Assembly (NCBI GenBank): GCA_029287355.1 | Contig: JARFRH010000054.1 | Span: 10,533-74,532, forward strand | Direction of reading: 5' to 3' | Origin: Maribacter sp. | GTDB lineage: Bacteria > Bacteroidota > Bacteroidia > Flavobacteriales > Flavobacteriaceae | DNA length: 64,000 nt | Shown here: piece after piece, positions 29,140 to 39,139 of the stretch | How positions within the stretch are numbered: the stretch's first letter is position 1 | Layout: the number at the start of each line of letters is the position of its first letter | Made by a program: the position numbers and the translations under genes | The notes under the pieces: model-generated | Told to the model about the DNA's origin: nothing | What the model saw: only the letters and a program-made list of their open reading frames with translations | Database searches by the model: none

Positions 29140-30198
29140 TCAAAGCGCTACAGTCTTCCCTGTTCTAAAAGATTCATCCGCAGCGAGTACTATTCTCAAG
29201 CTATTGACAGCATCGCGTAAATGGTCGTTTAAATCTAAATCTTCAGAAATGGCTTTAAGAAAAAATTCCTGCTCCAAAAGACAAAGGCCATCGTGGTCGG
29301 GTTCGTCCGAAGTGTCGATCAACTCATCTTTTTTCGTGAAATTTCCGTTTTCATCGGTGGAACTGTGGTGTAATTTCAAGGCCCCGGTTTTGGAGTGATC
29401 GTCAACACTATCGGAATCACCTTTGGCTTCATCGACAATCGAAACGCAACCTTTTGGCCCGATGACATCTTTGACAAAAAACGCGGTTTCGCTCATCATC
29501 GGTCCCCAACCTGCTTCGTACCAGCCAACGGACCCATCCTCAAAACGGACTTGCAACTGTCCGTAGTTGTACATTTTAGAATCGATTTCATCTGAAAGGC
29601 GCGCCCCAATAGCGCTCACACTGATAGGCACTGACTGGGTCATCAAACACATGACATCAACATAATGTACTCCGCAATCAACGATAGGAGACATGCTGTT
29701 CATCAACTGTTTGTGGGTGTACCAATTGTCGCCTGAACTTTGTTGGTTGAGGTTCATTCGCATCACCAGCGGTTTGCCTAAAGTTCGAGCCACTTCGACA
29801 AACTTGGCCCAGGCAGGATGCACTCTTAAAATATAACCCACCACCATTTTTTTATTTTTTACTTTAGCTAAATCAGCTAGACTTTGGGCATCTTCGACGG
29901 TGAGGGCCAAAGGTTTTTCCACAAACACATGGGCATCGGCATGCAGCGCTTTTCGAATATAATCGGCGTGTGTATCAGGATAGGTATTAATACTCACCGC
30001 ATCAGGATTTGTTTCCCGCAATGCGGATTCATAATTCCCAAAAGTGGGATAACCACCTAATTCTTGCGAAAGTTTTTCCCGACTCTCTGGTTTTCTACTG
30101 ACGAGGCCGACAATTTCAAACCCGTCCATTTGGTGGTAGGCACGAGCATGTGAAGTACCCATATTACCACATCCGACAACCAATATTTTTATTTTCAT
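29140..30198 (-). CDS. Gfo/Idh/MocA family oxidoreductase
   Basis: VVGCGNMG Rossmann motif, HVFVEKPLA and DCGVHYVD. Confidence 0.9.
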   Translation of the reverse strand: MKIKILVVGCGNMGTSHARAYHQMDGFEIVGLVSRKPESREKLSQELGGYPTFGNYESALRETNPDAVSINTYPDTHADYIRKALHADAHVFVEKPLALTVEDAQSLADLAKVKNKKMVVGYILRVHPAWAKFVEVARTLGKPLVMRMNLNQQSSGDNWYTHKQLMNSMSPIVDCGVHYVDVMCLMTQSVPISVSAIGARLSDEIDSKMYNYGQLQVRFEDGSVGWYEAGWGPMMSETAFFVKDVIGPKGCVSIVDEAKGDSDSVDDHSKTGALKLHHSSTDENGNFTKKDELIDTSDEPDHDGLCLLEQEFFLKAISEDLDLNDHLRDAVNSLRIVLAADESFRTGKTVAL

Positions 30199-30292
30199 AT
30201 TTGTTTATTTTTCTGTCATTCCGGAGAAGGCCCGAACCTGTTCATTGGTTTGTACTATATTTATAAGGAAGAACATCCTTGAAAATTAAACA

Positions 30293-31849
30293 ATGAAAAT
30301 GATAATACCAACCACTAAACCGAAGTTGTTCAGCTTGTTTTTTGTTTCCGCTCTAGGTGTGCTTTTTATTTCGGGAATGAAAGTTGAAAATGACGCTACT
30401 ACATACCAAGAATCACGACCCAATATCATCTTTATGATTGCTGATGATTGGTCCTATCCACATGCTGGTATTTATGGCGATAAAACCGTTCGAACACCAA
30501 CATTCGATGCTTTGGCCAAGAACGGGGCACTCTTTGAAAATGCCTATTGCGCCGCCCCGTCATGTGCCCCATCAAGGGCAAGTATTCTTTTGAGTCGCTA
30601 TCCACATCAAATGGAAAGTGCCGGAAATCTGTGGTCGGTTATTCCGGATAAATTTCCGAATTGGGTTTCCTTGCTGAAGGAAGCAGGCTATCATACGGGC
30701 AAAAGCAGAAAGGGTTGGGGTCCTGGTGATTTCGTGGCTGGCGGGTATGAACAGAATCCCGCTGGCAAGGATTATGTTGATTTTGACGCTTTTCTATTGG
30801 ATAAAAAGAGCGGTCAGCCTTTCTCTTATTGGTTCGGAAGCCAAGACCCTCACCGAGTTTATGAAACGAATACAGGGATCGAAACCGGTATGGATCCGAG
30901 CACTGTTCAAGTACCGGGTTTTCTCCCTGACTCGCCTTGTGTTCGCAACGATATCATGGATTATTATTTTGAAGTGGAACGTTTTGATCGGGAATCGGGA
31001 AATATTATCGCCACTTTGGAAAAAAAGGGGCTTTTGGAAAATACGATTATTGTAATGACCAGTGATAACGGAATGCCCTTTCCTCGCGCAAAAGCCACCT
31101 TGTACGATTATGGCACGCGCATGCCGCTGGCGATTTACTGGAAAGGTCATATCGAAGGGGGCTCACGAATTTCTGATTTTATGAATTTCGTTGATTTCGG
31201 ACCTACTTTTTTAGAAGCCGCTCGAATCGATATTCCACAAGAGTTTCAGGGAAATAGTGTATTGGAATTATTTTCCAAGGATAGAAAAAAATCAGACAGG
31301 AGTAAGGTGTTTTTGGAAAGAGAGCGCCATGCGAATGTGAGAAATGGGGATTTAAGTTACCCAGTTCGCGCGATTCGCACCAAGGACTTCTTACTTATGA
31401 AAAATTTCGAACCAGACCGTTGGCCCGCAGGAGATCCTGATGCACATATTTCAGTGGGGCAGTATGGCGATGTAGACAACTCTATTTCGAAGTTTCTAAT
31501 AATGAAGATGGAGGATAGGCCATCTGATAAAGATTATTTTCAATTGGCCTTGGGCAAACGGCCGTCAGAAGAATTATATGTTTTGGCCAACGACCCCTAC
31601 AACCTGAAGAATGAAATCAATAACCCCAAGTATAAACAAGAGTTAGCGGTCTTACGCAAAAATTTGGCAGAATGGATGATTGAGAAGAATGATCTACGCG
31701 CTACAGTGCCACAAACCATGTATTGGGATACGGTTTTATATACACCTGACTATAAATTCTTCAATTACGATTTAGATAAAAAGATCAGCAATTATAAAAT
31801 GGCTATTCGAGAAGGTGGGAAGTTTAAGGAAATTCCATGTGACCAATAA
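30293..31849 (+). CDS. Cys-type (formylglycine) S1 sulfatase
   Basis: PNIIFMIADD, CAPSR (CxPxR), DPHR, TSDNG and ELYVLANDPY; N-terminal export signal. Confidence 0.92.
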   Translation: MKMIIPTTKPKLFSLFFVSALGVLFISGMKVENDATTYQESRPNIIFMIADDWSYPHAGIYGDKTVRTPTFDALAKNGALFENAYCAAPSCAPSRASILLSRYPHQMESAGNLWSVIPDKFPNWVSLLKEAGYHTGKSRKGWGPGDFVAGGYEQNPAGKDYVDFDAFLLDKKSGQPFSYWFGSQDPHRVYETNTGIETGMDPSTVQVPGFLPDSPCVRNDIMDYYFEVERFDRESGNIIATLEKKGLLENTIIVMTSDNGMPFPRAKATLYDYGTRMPLAIYWKGHIEGGSRISDFMNFVDFGPTFLEAARIDIPQEFQGNSVLELFSKDRKKSDRSKVFLERERHANVRNGDLSYPVRAIRTKDFLLMKNFEPDRWPAGDPDAHISVGQYGDVDNSISKFLIMKMEDRPSDKDYFQLALGKRPSEELYVLANDPYNLKNEINNPKYKQELAVLRKNLAEWMIEKNDLRATVPQTMYWDTVLYTPDYKFFNYDLDKKISNYKMAIREGGKFKEIPCDQ

Positions 31850-31868
31850 GAGCATCTCGCTTCAGTAC

Positions 31869-34019
31869 CTAGGGGGTTTCCAAAGCAAAAGCCACGATTT
31901 GATTCCCTTTTTCTGTTCCCAATTTTTCTCCACCACAAGCAATGGCAATATATTGCTTGCCATTGACTTCGTACATGGCAGGCGTCGCAAAAGCTGCTGC
32001 AGGAAGCTTATATTCCCAAAGGATTTCACCAGTGTGTTTGTCAAATACCCTAAAATAACCGTCACGGGTGGCCCCTATGAATAGGAGCCCGTTTTCGGTA
32101 ACTACCGGTCCGCCGTAATTTTCAGTTCCCGTACCCTTACCTTTTTCTCCTAATTCGGGTGTATCCCCTAAGGGAATCGACCAAATATACTCACCGGTAT
32201 TTAAATCAATGGCGTGCATGGTGCCCCAGGGCGGAGATATGCCCGGCAGGCCATTATTATCTAAGAACTTATCGTATCCGGTGTGCTTGTATCCTTTTTT
32301 CTGGGGCTCAGTTTGATTGGTTGCGATACCTTCTTTTTCAATTCCATTAGGTTGTACTTCCTGTCCCCATAAAAAAGACAAAAGGGCTTCTTTTTCTTCT
32401 TTTTTTAGTTGCGGAAAACCGGTCATCATTCCCTTCCCCTGCACAATAATAGCGGCGACTTCATCTTTTTCTTTTCGCAATTGTAAATCCAATAATGATG
32501 GATACCCACTGGCTACAAGACCTTTTCTATCCGCTTGATGGCAACTGATGCAGTATTTTTGATAGGTAGCCTTGCCTATTGGGGTAGCTTCGGAAATACC
32601 ATCTTCCAGACCAACTTGAAGGTTCCAAGCCATTTCGTTGGCGTTGACATAAAGAATGCCATCTTCGGGATCCGTTGCCGCCCCGCCCCATTCGGCTGCG
32701 CCATCATAGCCCGGAAATAGAAAAACAGGGCTTAGTGCTGGCGGAGCATATTGACGCTTATCCGCGGAGTTGTATAATTCCAGTAATTCGTCTTTGTTTT
32801 CCGCAAACGGACTGATATCGGCATCTGTCAAATCTTGTGATTGTCGAGCAAACGGTTTTGGCATGACTGGTATCGGTTGGGTGGGCCAAGCTTTTTCCCC
32901 TACCAATGTAGAAGAAGGCACAGGCACTTCTTCAATGTCGAATAAAGGTGCTCCCGTTATTCGATGAAACACATAGACATACCCTTGCTTGGTGACTTGA
33001 GCTACTGCGGGAATCTTTTTTCCATCTCGCTCCACCATCAAAAGATTCGGGGGAGCCGGTGGATCACGGTCCCAAATATCATGATGGGTAAATTGAAAAT
33101 GCCAAAGGCGCTCTCCGCTATTTGCATCCAGCGCCAATAGGCAATTCGCATATAAATTACTACCTAAACGATCTCCGCCATAGAAATCTGGAGCTGCGGA
33201 ACCTGTTGGAATATAAATGATTCCGGCCTCTTCGTCCACAGCCATTCCGGCCCAATTGTTGGCCGCGCCAACTACATCGCTTTTGTAGGCATTCTTATTT
33301 TCCCAAGTTTCATACCCTTCTTCTCCTGGGTGAGGTATAGTGTGAAATACCCATTCCAATTTCCCCGTAATCACATTAAACGCCATAACATCCCCAGGAG
33401 CAGCGCCAACTCCTTCTGACAAGCGAAGGGGCATCACGATAATATCTTTGTAAATTGTTCCTGGTGTGTTTGAAATGACAAATTTTTCCTTGGCCGATTC
33501 CAGCATTCCTGAACGCATATCAATTTTTCCGTTATCGCCAAAGGAAGGAATTGGTTTTCCCGTTAGTGCATTCAAAGCGAATAAATCCGGACCACGAGTA
33601 ACTAAAATGCGCTTATCTTTTCCTTTTTCCCAATATGAAAGGCCTCGTGATGTGGAATGCCAAACTTTTACTGAATCACCGAACTGCCATATTTCTTTTC
33701 CGGATTCGGAATTCAAAGCTACTACGCGCAGTGCTGCCGTAACGCCATATAAAATACTGTCTACCACCAATGGGTTCATCTGCATTTGTCCCCAATCCGC
33801 GGCCTCATATGACCAAGCCACTTTTAATTCTTTTGCATTTTCCTTGGTGATTTGGGAAAGGGTGGAGTAGTGGCTACGACCTGGATCACCTAGATAGGAA
33901 GACCATGTTGTATGTTCTTTTTTAGGCGGTACTTTTTCTTCGGAATTGTTACAGCTTTGAAAAACCAGCGTAGCTAAAGTCAAAAATAAGAGCGGAATAA
34001 TGAACTTTTTGAAAAGCAT
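31869..34019 (-). CDS. PQQ-dependent glucose/quinate-type dehydrogenase lipoprotein with internal cytochrome c domain
   Basis: Lipobox VFQSC; HYSTLSQIT..N...LKVAW, HHDIWDRD, GAAEWGG, PPWGTMHAIDL and ATPAMYEVNGKQY; heme motif CISCH inside the chain. Confidence 0.88.
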   Translation of the reverse strand: MLFKKFIIPLLFLTLATLVFQSCNNSEEKVPPKKEHTTWSSYLGDPGRSHYSTLSQITKENAKELKVAWSYEAADWGQMQMNPLVVDSILYGVTAALRVVALNSESGKEIWQFGDSVKVWHSTSRGLSYWEKGKDKRILVTRGPDLFALNALTGKPIPSFGDNGKIDMRSGMLESAKEKFVISNTPGTIYKDIIVMPLRLSEGVGAAPGDVMAFNVITGKLEWVFHTIPHPGEEGYETWENKNAYKSDVVGAANNWAGMAVDEEAGIIYIPTGSAAPDFYGGDRLGSNLYANCLLALDANSGERLWHFQFTHHDIWDRDPPAPPNLLMVERDGKKIPAVAQVTKQGYVYVFHRITGAPLFDIEEVPVPSSTLVGEKAWPTQPIPVMPKPFARQSQDLTDADISPFAENKDELLELYNSADKRQYAPPALSPVFLFPGYDGAAEWGGAATDPEDGILYVNANEMAWNLQVGLEDGISEATPIGKATYQKYCISCHQADRKGLVASGYPSLLDLQLRKEKDEVAAIIVQGKGMMTGFPQLKKEEKEALLSFLWGQEVQPNGIEKEGIATNQTEPQKKGYKHTGYDKFLDNNGLPGISPPWGTMHAIDLNTGEYIWSIPLGDTPELGEKGKGTGTENYGGPVVTENGLLFIGATRDGYFRVFDKHTGEILWEYKLPAAAFATPAMYEVNGKQYIAIACGGEKLGTEKGNQIVAFALETP

Positions 34020-34163
34020 ATTTCGAAACGGATGATTTCTTTAAAAGTAAGGAATTTATAGCTTCATTCAGAGTTCGACACACTGATTGGTTCTCGCCTT
34101 ATTGAATCCATTTTTCAACACTCTTTTTGAATGCTCACTATCCAGATTTTTAAGCCAAAACAA

Positions 34164-35666
34164 TTACCTGCTTGTTAAGAACTCCCGAATATCCTTTGAT
34201 AGTTTTATCAAATCAGGTTGATGGGTATACATCATATGGCCCGCCTCGTAATAGGTCATTTCAACTCGATCTGTGACGATACCGTTGCGAGCAAAAGTAT
34301 ATTCCGCATCGAAAAACGGAGTTATCAAGTCATAATACCCACTGGCTACCATTACTTTCATTGCGGGATTTCGTCGCATGGTTTCCCCTAAGTGAGGCGC
34401 AGTATTTACCGGCATGGGTTCCCAATATTGTCCATCAGGCGCTGTACGCCAACGCCAATTGCTCCCTCCTCCAGAAGTAATATAAGGCCTGTCCATTTTT
34501 ATTTTCAGCTCCGAGGCAAAATAGTGGTTTAACGCAGCGGTATAGGCTGAACTGATTTGATAGCTCGCTGCATCGCCCAAATGTGGGCGTTCAGCAACCT
34601 TATCAACTTCATCCCCCATAAAACGGCCATCTAAACGACCAATGGCCAGTCCTTTTTCTTCTAAAAGTTTCTTTTGAAAACGCCCCATAAGAATCCGTAA
34701 GTTGGAATGTAGAATGTACTTTTTATCTAGCCCCGTGAAATAGCTTAGCTTTTCAGCGATCGCCATCTCTTCGGCCTTGCTCAAAAGATTTCCCTTATAA
34801 AGTGCGGGCGTGTAGGTTTCATAGGTGAACTTTCTACACTCTTCCACAAAGTCTTCCAGTGTTTTTCCCTGACCCGCTTTTTTATGATACCAAGCCGTGG
34901 CCGCCATGCTAGGCAAATAGGTAATGTATGATGTCATGTTGTGATGAATCGATGTGGACCCAGCATAATCCAATGCTTGCGAAATTAAAATCATTCCGTT
35001 TAGGGCCATGTTCTGTCCCGAGCCCTCAAGCGCTTTCCCCAAATAGGCTGCACGAGTAGTACCATAACTTTCTCCTGCCAGATATTTGGGCGAGAACCAG
35101 CGTTCATTTTCGGTCACCCATTTGCGTATGAATTGGGCAAAAGAATCGACATCCTCTTTGAGCCCATAAAAATCCTTGCCCTTTCCTTTTCCTAAGAGCC
35201 GGCTATAGCCTGTGCCTACGGGGTCGATAAAGACTAGATCGGTAAGATCCAGTAATCCGTGATCATTATTGACCAAGTTGTACGGTGCAGCACCATCGTC
35301 TTGTAGTGCATCGGAATCTACTTTGACCACTTTCGGCCCAAAAAACCCCATATGTAACCACATCGATGCCGAACCCGGGCCTCCATTGAATACAAATGTC
35401 ACAGGTCTTTTGCCTACATCCCCCATGGGGGTTTTAGTGTAAGCGACAGACCAAAAAGAGGCAATGGAATCTCCTTTTTTGTTGACTAGATAGGTTTCTT
35501 TGGCTGTTGCCTTATAGTTGATGGTTTTGCTACCGAAAACGCCTTGATGGGTTGTTTCAAATGATTTCGCCTTCGGAATGGGTTTGATTTCTTCTTTCTT
35601 TTCTTCCTTTTGAGCGTATGCCAATAGCCCGAATAGCAGTAGTATGGATAATATACTTTTTTTCAT
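34164..35666 (-). CDS. S10 family serine carboxypeptidase
   Basis: FNGGPG, DLVFIDPVGTGYS, GESYG, GYYDL and GHMMY; signal peptide. Confidence 0.92.
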   Translation of the reverse strand: MKKSILSILLLFGLLAYAQKEEKKEEIKPIPKAKSFETTHQGVFGSKTINYKATAKETYLVNKKGDSIASFWSVAYTKTPMGDVGKRPVTFVFNGGPGSASMWLHMGFFGPKVVKVDSDALQDDGAAPYNLVNNDHGLLDLTDLVFIDPVGTGYSRLLGKGKGKDFYGLKEDVDSFAQFIRKWVTENERWFSPKYLAGESYGTTRAAYLGKALEGSGQNMALNGMILISQALDYAGSTSIHHNMTSYITYLPSMAATAWYHKKAGQGKTLEDFVEECRKFTYETYTPALYKGNLLSKAEEMAIAEKLSYFTGLDKKYILHSNLRILMGRFQKKLLEEKGLAIGRLDGRFMGDEVDKVAERPHLGDAASYQISSAYTAALNHYFASELKIKMDRPYITSGGGSNWRWRTAPDGQYWEPMPVNTAPHLGETMRRNPAMKVMVASGYYDLITPFFDAEYTFARNGIVTDRVEMTYYEAGHMMYTHQPDLIKLSKDIREFLTSR

Positions 35667-35679
35667 CTTAATGGATGGT

Positions 35680-36789
35680 TTAGTTGGTTTGTATTCCTTG
35701 TAAAATCTCGTTTAACTTCTTTTCGTAGGCCTTTGCGTATTGCTCCATCCCTAAATCTGTTGGGTGTGTTCCATCAACAAAGGCATCATTTGAAAGATTG
35801 ATTTTACTTCGCGATAATAGATAAAGATTTCTTGCTCCATTGCGTTGTAATTCAACAAAAACTTCGCTTGTCCAGCGATTAAGGGATTCATAAACTGCCT
35901 TTCGAGAGCTATCTACTTCACCATCGCTATACCCAGCATGTTGCGCTAATAGAATTCTGGCTTTCGGTCTAATGTCGGCAATGTGTAGAATGCTATTACG
36001 GAGGCGTCTTTTGATTTCCTCTTCGGTACGCTCCTCGTTCGGGCTCAAATTAGGAAGACAATCCAGCACATAAATCGCAGCATCGACCTCTGTAACCAAA
36101 TCAAGTACTTCAGGTTCTAGGCGCCCATTGCCCGAAAAACCCAAATTCACGACAGGATGATCTAATTTTCGTCCTAAAATGTTTGTCCATGCCATACCCG
36201 GTCGTGAAGCACATGCGCCTTGTGCGATAGAAGTACCGTATACCACAATTGGCTTTTCCTTTCGCTGTGGAAGAAATTTGATTTTACTTCCTTCCGGTAT
36301 TCCAATCTTCAAGTTTTTGCAATTGTTGTACAAGGGAAGGTATAATTGATATTCTCGCCCTTCTGGCGGACTTTTTTCTGTCTTAAAATGGAATTGAACT
36401 TTATCGCCAAATGTGTTTTTTCCTCGGTACCATAACCATTTATCCGTATCGGTTTTTCCATATAAATCGATTCCGCTAACACCCGTAGCCGGCATATGGT
36501 TCATAGCATGATTTCCATCGACCTCATATTCGATTTGAAGACTATCCGCATCCGTTGTGAAACGAATTGCGAGTCCGGCTGCATGTCTGGAAAGCGACCA
36601 AACAGGATTTCTTACTACACCCTCTGCCTTGTCTGGCAATCGAGTGTATCCGATACCGGACCAGCCTTGACCTTCAATTTCATCTATACTGTTTAAAGGA
36701 TCCCGCCAATCATATGGCTCGGTTTGCTGGGATATTATGCTACTAATGGAGAACAGAAAGAGTGCTAAAAAAGAGGGTGTCACACGCAT
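35680..36789 (-). CDS. SGNH/GDSL hydrolase with GxDLY N-terminal domain
   Basis: SGIDLY, YGTSIAQGACASRPG, NLGFSGNG, DCLPN and DGTHPTDLG; signal peptide. Confidence 0.88.
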   Translation of the reverse strand: MRVTPSFLALFLFSISSIISQQTEPYDWRDPLNSIDEIEGQGWSGIGYTRLPDKAEGVVRNPVWSLSRHAAGLAIRFTTDADSLQIEYEVDGNHAMNHMPATGVSGIDLYGKTDTDKWLWYRGKNTFGDKVQFHFKTEKSPPEGREYQLYLPLYNNCKNLKIGIPEGSKIKFLPQRKEKPIVVYGTSIAQGACASRPGMAWTNILGRKLDHPVVNLGFSGNGRLEPEVLDLVTEVDAAIYVLDCLPNLSPNEERTEEEIKRRLRNSILHIADIRPKARILLAQHAGYSDGEVDSSRKAVYESLNRWTSEVFVELQRNGARNLYLLSRSKINLSNDAFVDGTHPTDLGMEQYAKAYEKKLNEILQGIQTN

Positions 36790-36796
36790 ATATAGG

Positions 36797-37531
36797 TTAC
36801 ATTTTTGTTTTTACGGCTCTATCTCCAGTATGATCCACACCTTGTTCTCGTTCTAATGCGATCATGGCTGCAGGTCTAAAATTCGTAATTAAAGCGCGTC
36901 GATGCTCGCCAGTGGAGTTTCCGCGGCTATAGTGTAAAGTGCCGCCTTGATGAAATACACATGAGCCCGGTTGCAGCTCAATAAACACAGAATTTTCTTC
37001 ACTCCCTTCGCATTTTAGGGCCCCTTTGTTGCCCGTTTGAACATGGGGCAGTATTGAAGACAAATGAGATTTTGGCGTATACCACATGCAGCCGTTTTCT
37101 TTGTAGGCGTGGTCAATGGCCACCCAACAACTTGCGGCGCGCTTATCGGGCATCGCAATCCAATAGGCGGCATCTTGGTGCCAGGGGGTTATCGTATTGG
37201 TATTTGGAGCTTTATTGATCAACATATCAAAATCAAGCTCGATATCATCGCCCATTAAAATCTTCGCTATTTCCAATGATTTTTTATGGATGGGTTTCTG
37301 TAATAATTCAGGAACCAGTTTGCTTGGCACCATGATTTGGGTAATCTTTTCTGTTTTCCCATCACCACCAGAAAGGTCAGAACGATAACGGGAAGCGTTG
37401 ATGCTATTGTTTAAAAAAGAACGGTAAAGATTGCTATAGTAGTCTACTTCGGTTTTGTCAAGCATATTCTCGATTACTAAATATCCTTCTTTTTCAAAAA
37501 ATGATTTCTGTTCTTGAGATAGCACGGGCAT
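36797..37531 (-). CDS. Phytanoyl-CoA dioxygenase (PhyH) family Fe(II)/2OG oxygenase
   Basis: FEKEGYLVI, WHQDAAYW (HxD), ENGCM..PKSH and HYSRGN...RR. Confidence 0.88.
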   Translation of the reverse strand: MPVLSQEQKSFFEKEGYLVIENMLDKTEVDYYSNLYRSFLNNSINASRYRSDLSGGDGKTEKITQIMVPSKLVPELLQKPIHKKSLEIAKILMGDDIELDFDMLINKAPNTNTITPWHQDAAYWIAMPDKRAASCWVAIDHAYKENGCMWYTPKSHLSSILPHVQTGNKGALKCEGSEENSVFIELQPGSCVFHQGGTLHYSRGNSTGEHRRALITNFRPAAMIALEREQGVDHTGDRAVKTKM

Positions 37532-37653
37532 GGTCTTTAATTGTAATGAAAGGTAAAGAAAATTTCATTTTGGAAGCATGAATACGGGTAGATTCCTAAG
37601 TTCTAGTATTATTTACTTAAATTGAGGGAGAATAACCAATCAGAACCTTTATC

Positions 37654-38760
37654 ATGTCACAACTTGCCGCAAATGTGTCCAAACGTCTTTTTTCTTTGGA
37701 TGTTTTTAGGGGGCTCACGATGTTCCTATTAGTAGCTGAAGCGGCTGGCTTCCATCAAAATTTTTCAGAATTTACCCAGGGAACAGCTTTTTCAGGTCTT
37801 GCGCATCAATTACATCACCATCCTTGGAACGGACTTCGATTTTGGGATTTGATTCAACCCTTTTTCATGTTCATCGTTGGAGTCGCCATGCCTTTTTCGC
37901 TAAGAAAGCGACTGGCATCAGGAAGCCGGAGTGCTGCGACCAAACACATTTTACAACGTTGTTTTTTACTTTTTGCTTTTGGCGTTCTATTGCATTGTGT
38001 GTATGGCCACGCCCTAGTTTGGGAACTTTGGAATGTATTGGTGCAATTGGCCTTCACGATATTAATCGCCTATGCCATTATGAATCTGCCACATAAAATA
38101 CAGATTGCCGTTTCAATTGGTTTGTTGGCCTTGACCGAAGTCTTGTATCGTATGTACAACCCTGAAGCACCATATGCACAAGGCCATGAAAGTTTCGGCT
38201 CTTGGGGAGATATGCTGACCATGGGAAAAACCAATGACGGGTACTGGGTGTTTGTTAATTTCATTCCGACTGCGGCACATACGATTTGGGGCGTAATTTG
38301 CGGACAGATTCTGCTAAGCCACAAATCACACAAAGAAAAACTAAAACCTTTTCTGATTTGGGGATCGCTAATTTTGATATTGGGCTATGCTATGGATTGG
38401 CTTCATATCACTCCCATTATCAAAAGAATTGCCACGTCATCTTTTACGCTTGCTTCTGGCGGATTTGCAATATTGACTTTGAGCCTTTTTTATTGGGCCA
38501 TCGATGTAAAAAACAATCATAGTAAATGGCTCAAGATTTTCTCTGTTGTAGGAACGAATTCTATTTTTATCTACCTCTTCGCTGAAACAGTAGGCGTACA
38601 ATGGTTTCGCGATTTTGGAGAAATTTGGACCGAAGGACTTCTTTCGCCCTTAGGTCTTTCCGCAAATCTAATCATGGTCATTAATTCGCTTTTTGTGCTC
38701 TTTATCTTTCGGTATATCACCTATTTTTTAGACAAGCACAAGCTCTACTTCAAAATATAG
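37654..38760 (+). CDS. HGSNAT/NagX-like (DUF5009) membrane acyltransferase
   Basis: RLFSLDVFRGLTM, HHPWNGLRFWDLIQPFFMFIVGVAMPFS, PIIKRIATSSF and GTNSIFIY. Confidence 0.87.
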   Translation: MSQLAANVSKRLFSLDVFRGLTMFLLVAEAAGFHQNFSEFTQGTAFSGLAHQLHHHPWNGLRFWDLIQPFFMFIVGVAMPFSLRKRLASGSRSAATKHILQRCFLLFAFGVLLHCVYGHALVWELWNVLVQLAFTILIAYAIMNLPHKIQIAVSIGLLALTEVLYRMYNPEAPYAQGHESFGSWGDMLTMGKTNDGYWVFVNFIPTAAHTIWGVICGQILLSHKSHKEKLKPFLIWGSLILILGYAMDWLHITPIIKRIATSSFTLASGGFAILTLSLFYWAIDVKNNHSKWLKIFSVVGTNSIFIYLFAETVGVQWFRDFGEIWTEGLLSPLGLSANLIMVINSLFVLFIFRYITYFLDKHKLYFKI

Positions 38761-39139
38761 CATAAGCGAATTACCAAAAAGGCATAACGACTACACAGTC
38801 GGTTTTTTGAATCAAGTTCTGTGTTTAAAATAGGCGCCCAAGGGATATATAGAAATAGAAATCGGATAAAAGACCTATTTACAGTGCTTCTATCGATGAA
38901 AGGCAGGGCTAACAAACTATTTGGTTTGTTCATGTGGAGTAAGTTAGCCTTGGAATTTGGCAAAAAGAGACCCTATTGCTTTATGGGATCGGCATTTTCA
39001 AGTTCTTTTGATAGCTTTTCAAAGAAAAGTATTTCAGTTCGAAATTGCCATTTGTTTGGTTTTTAAGGAAATAGCAGCGTTACTTAAAAATAGAGAACAA
39101 ATAGTATCTTACATCCAATAATCAATTCAATGGAAGGCT

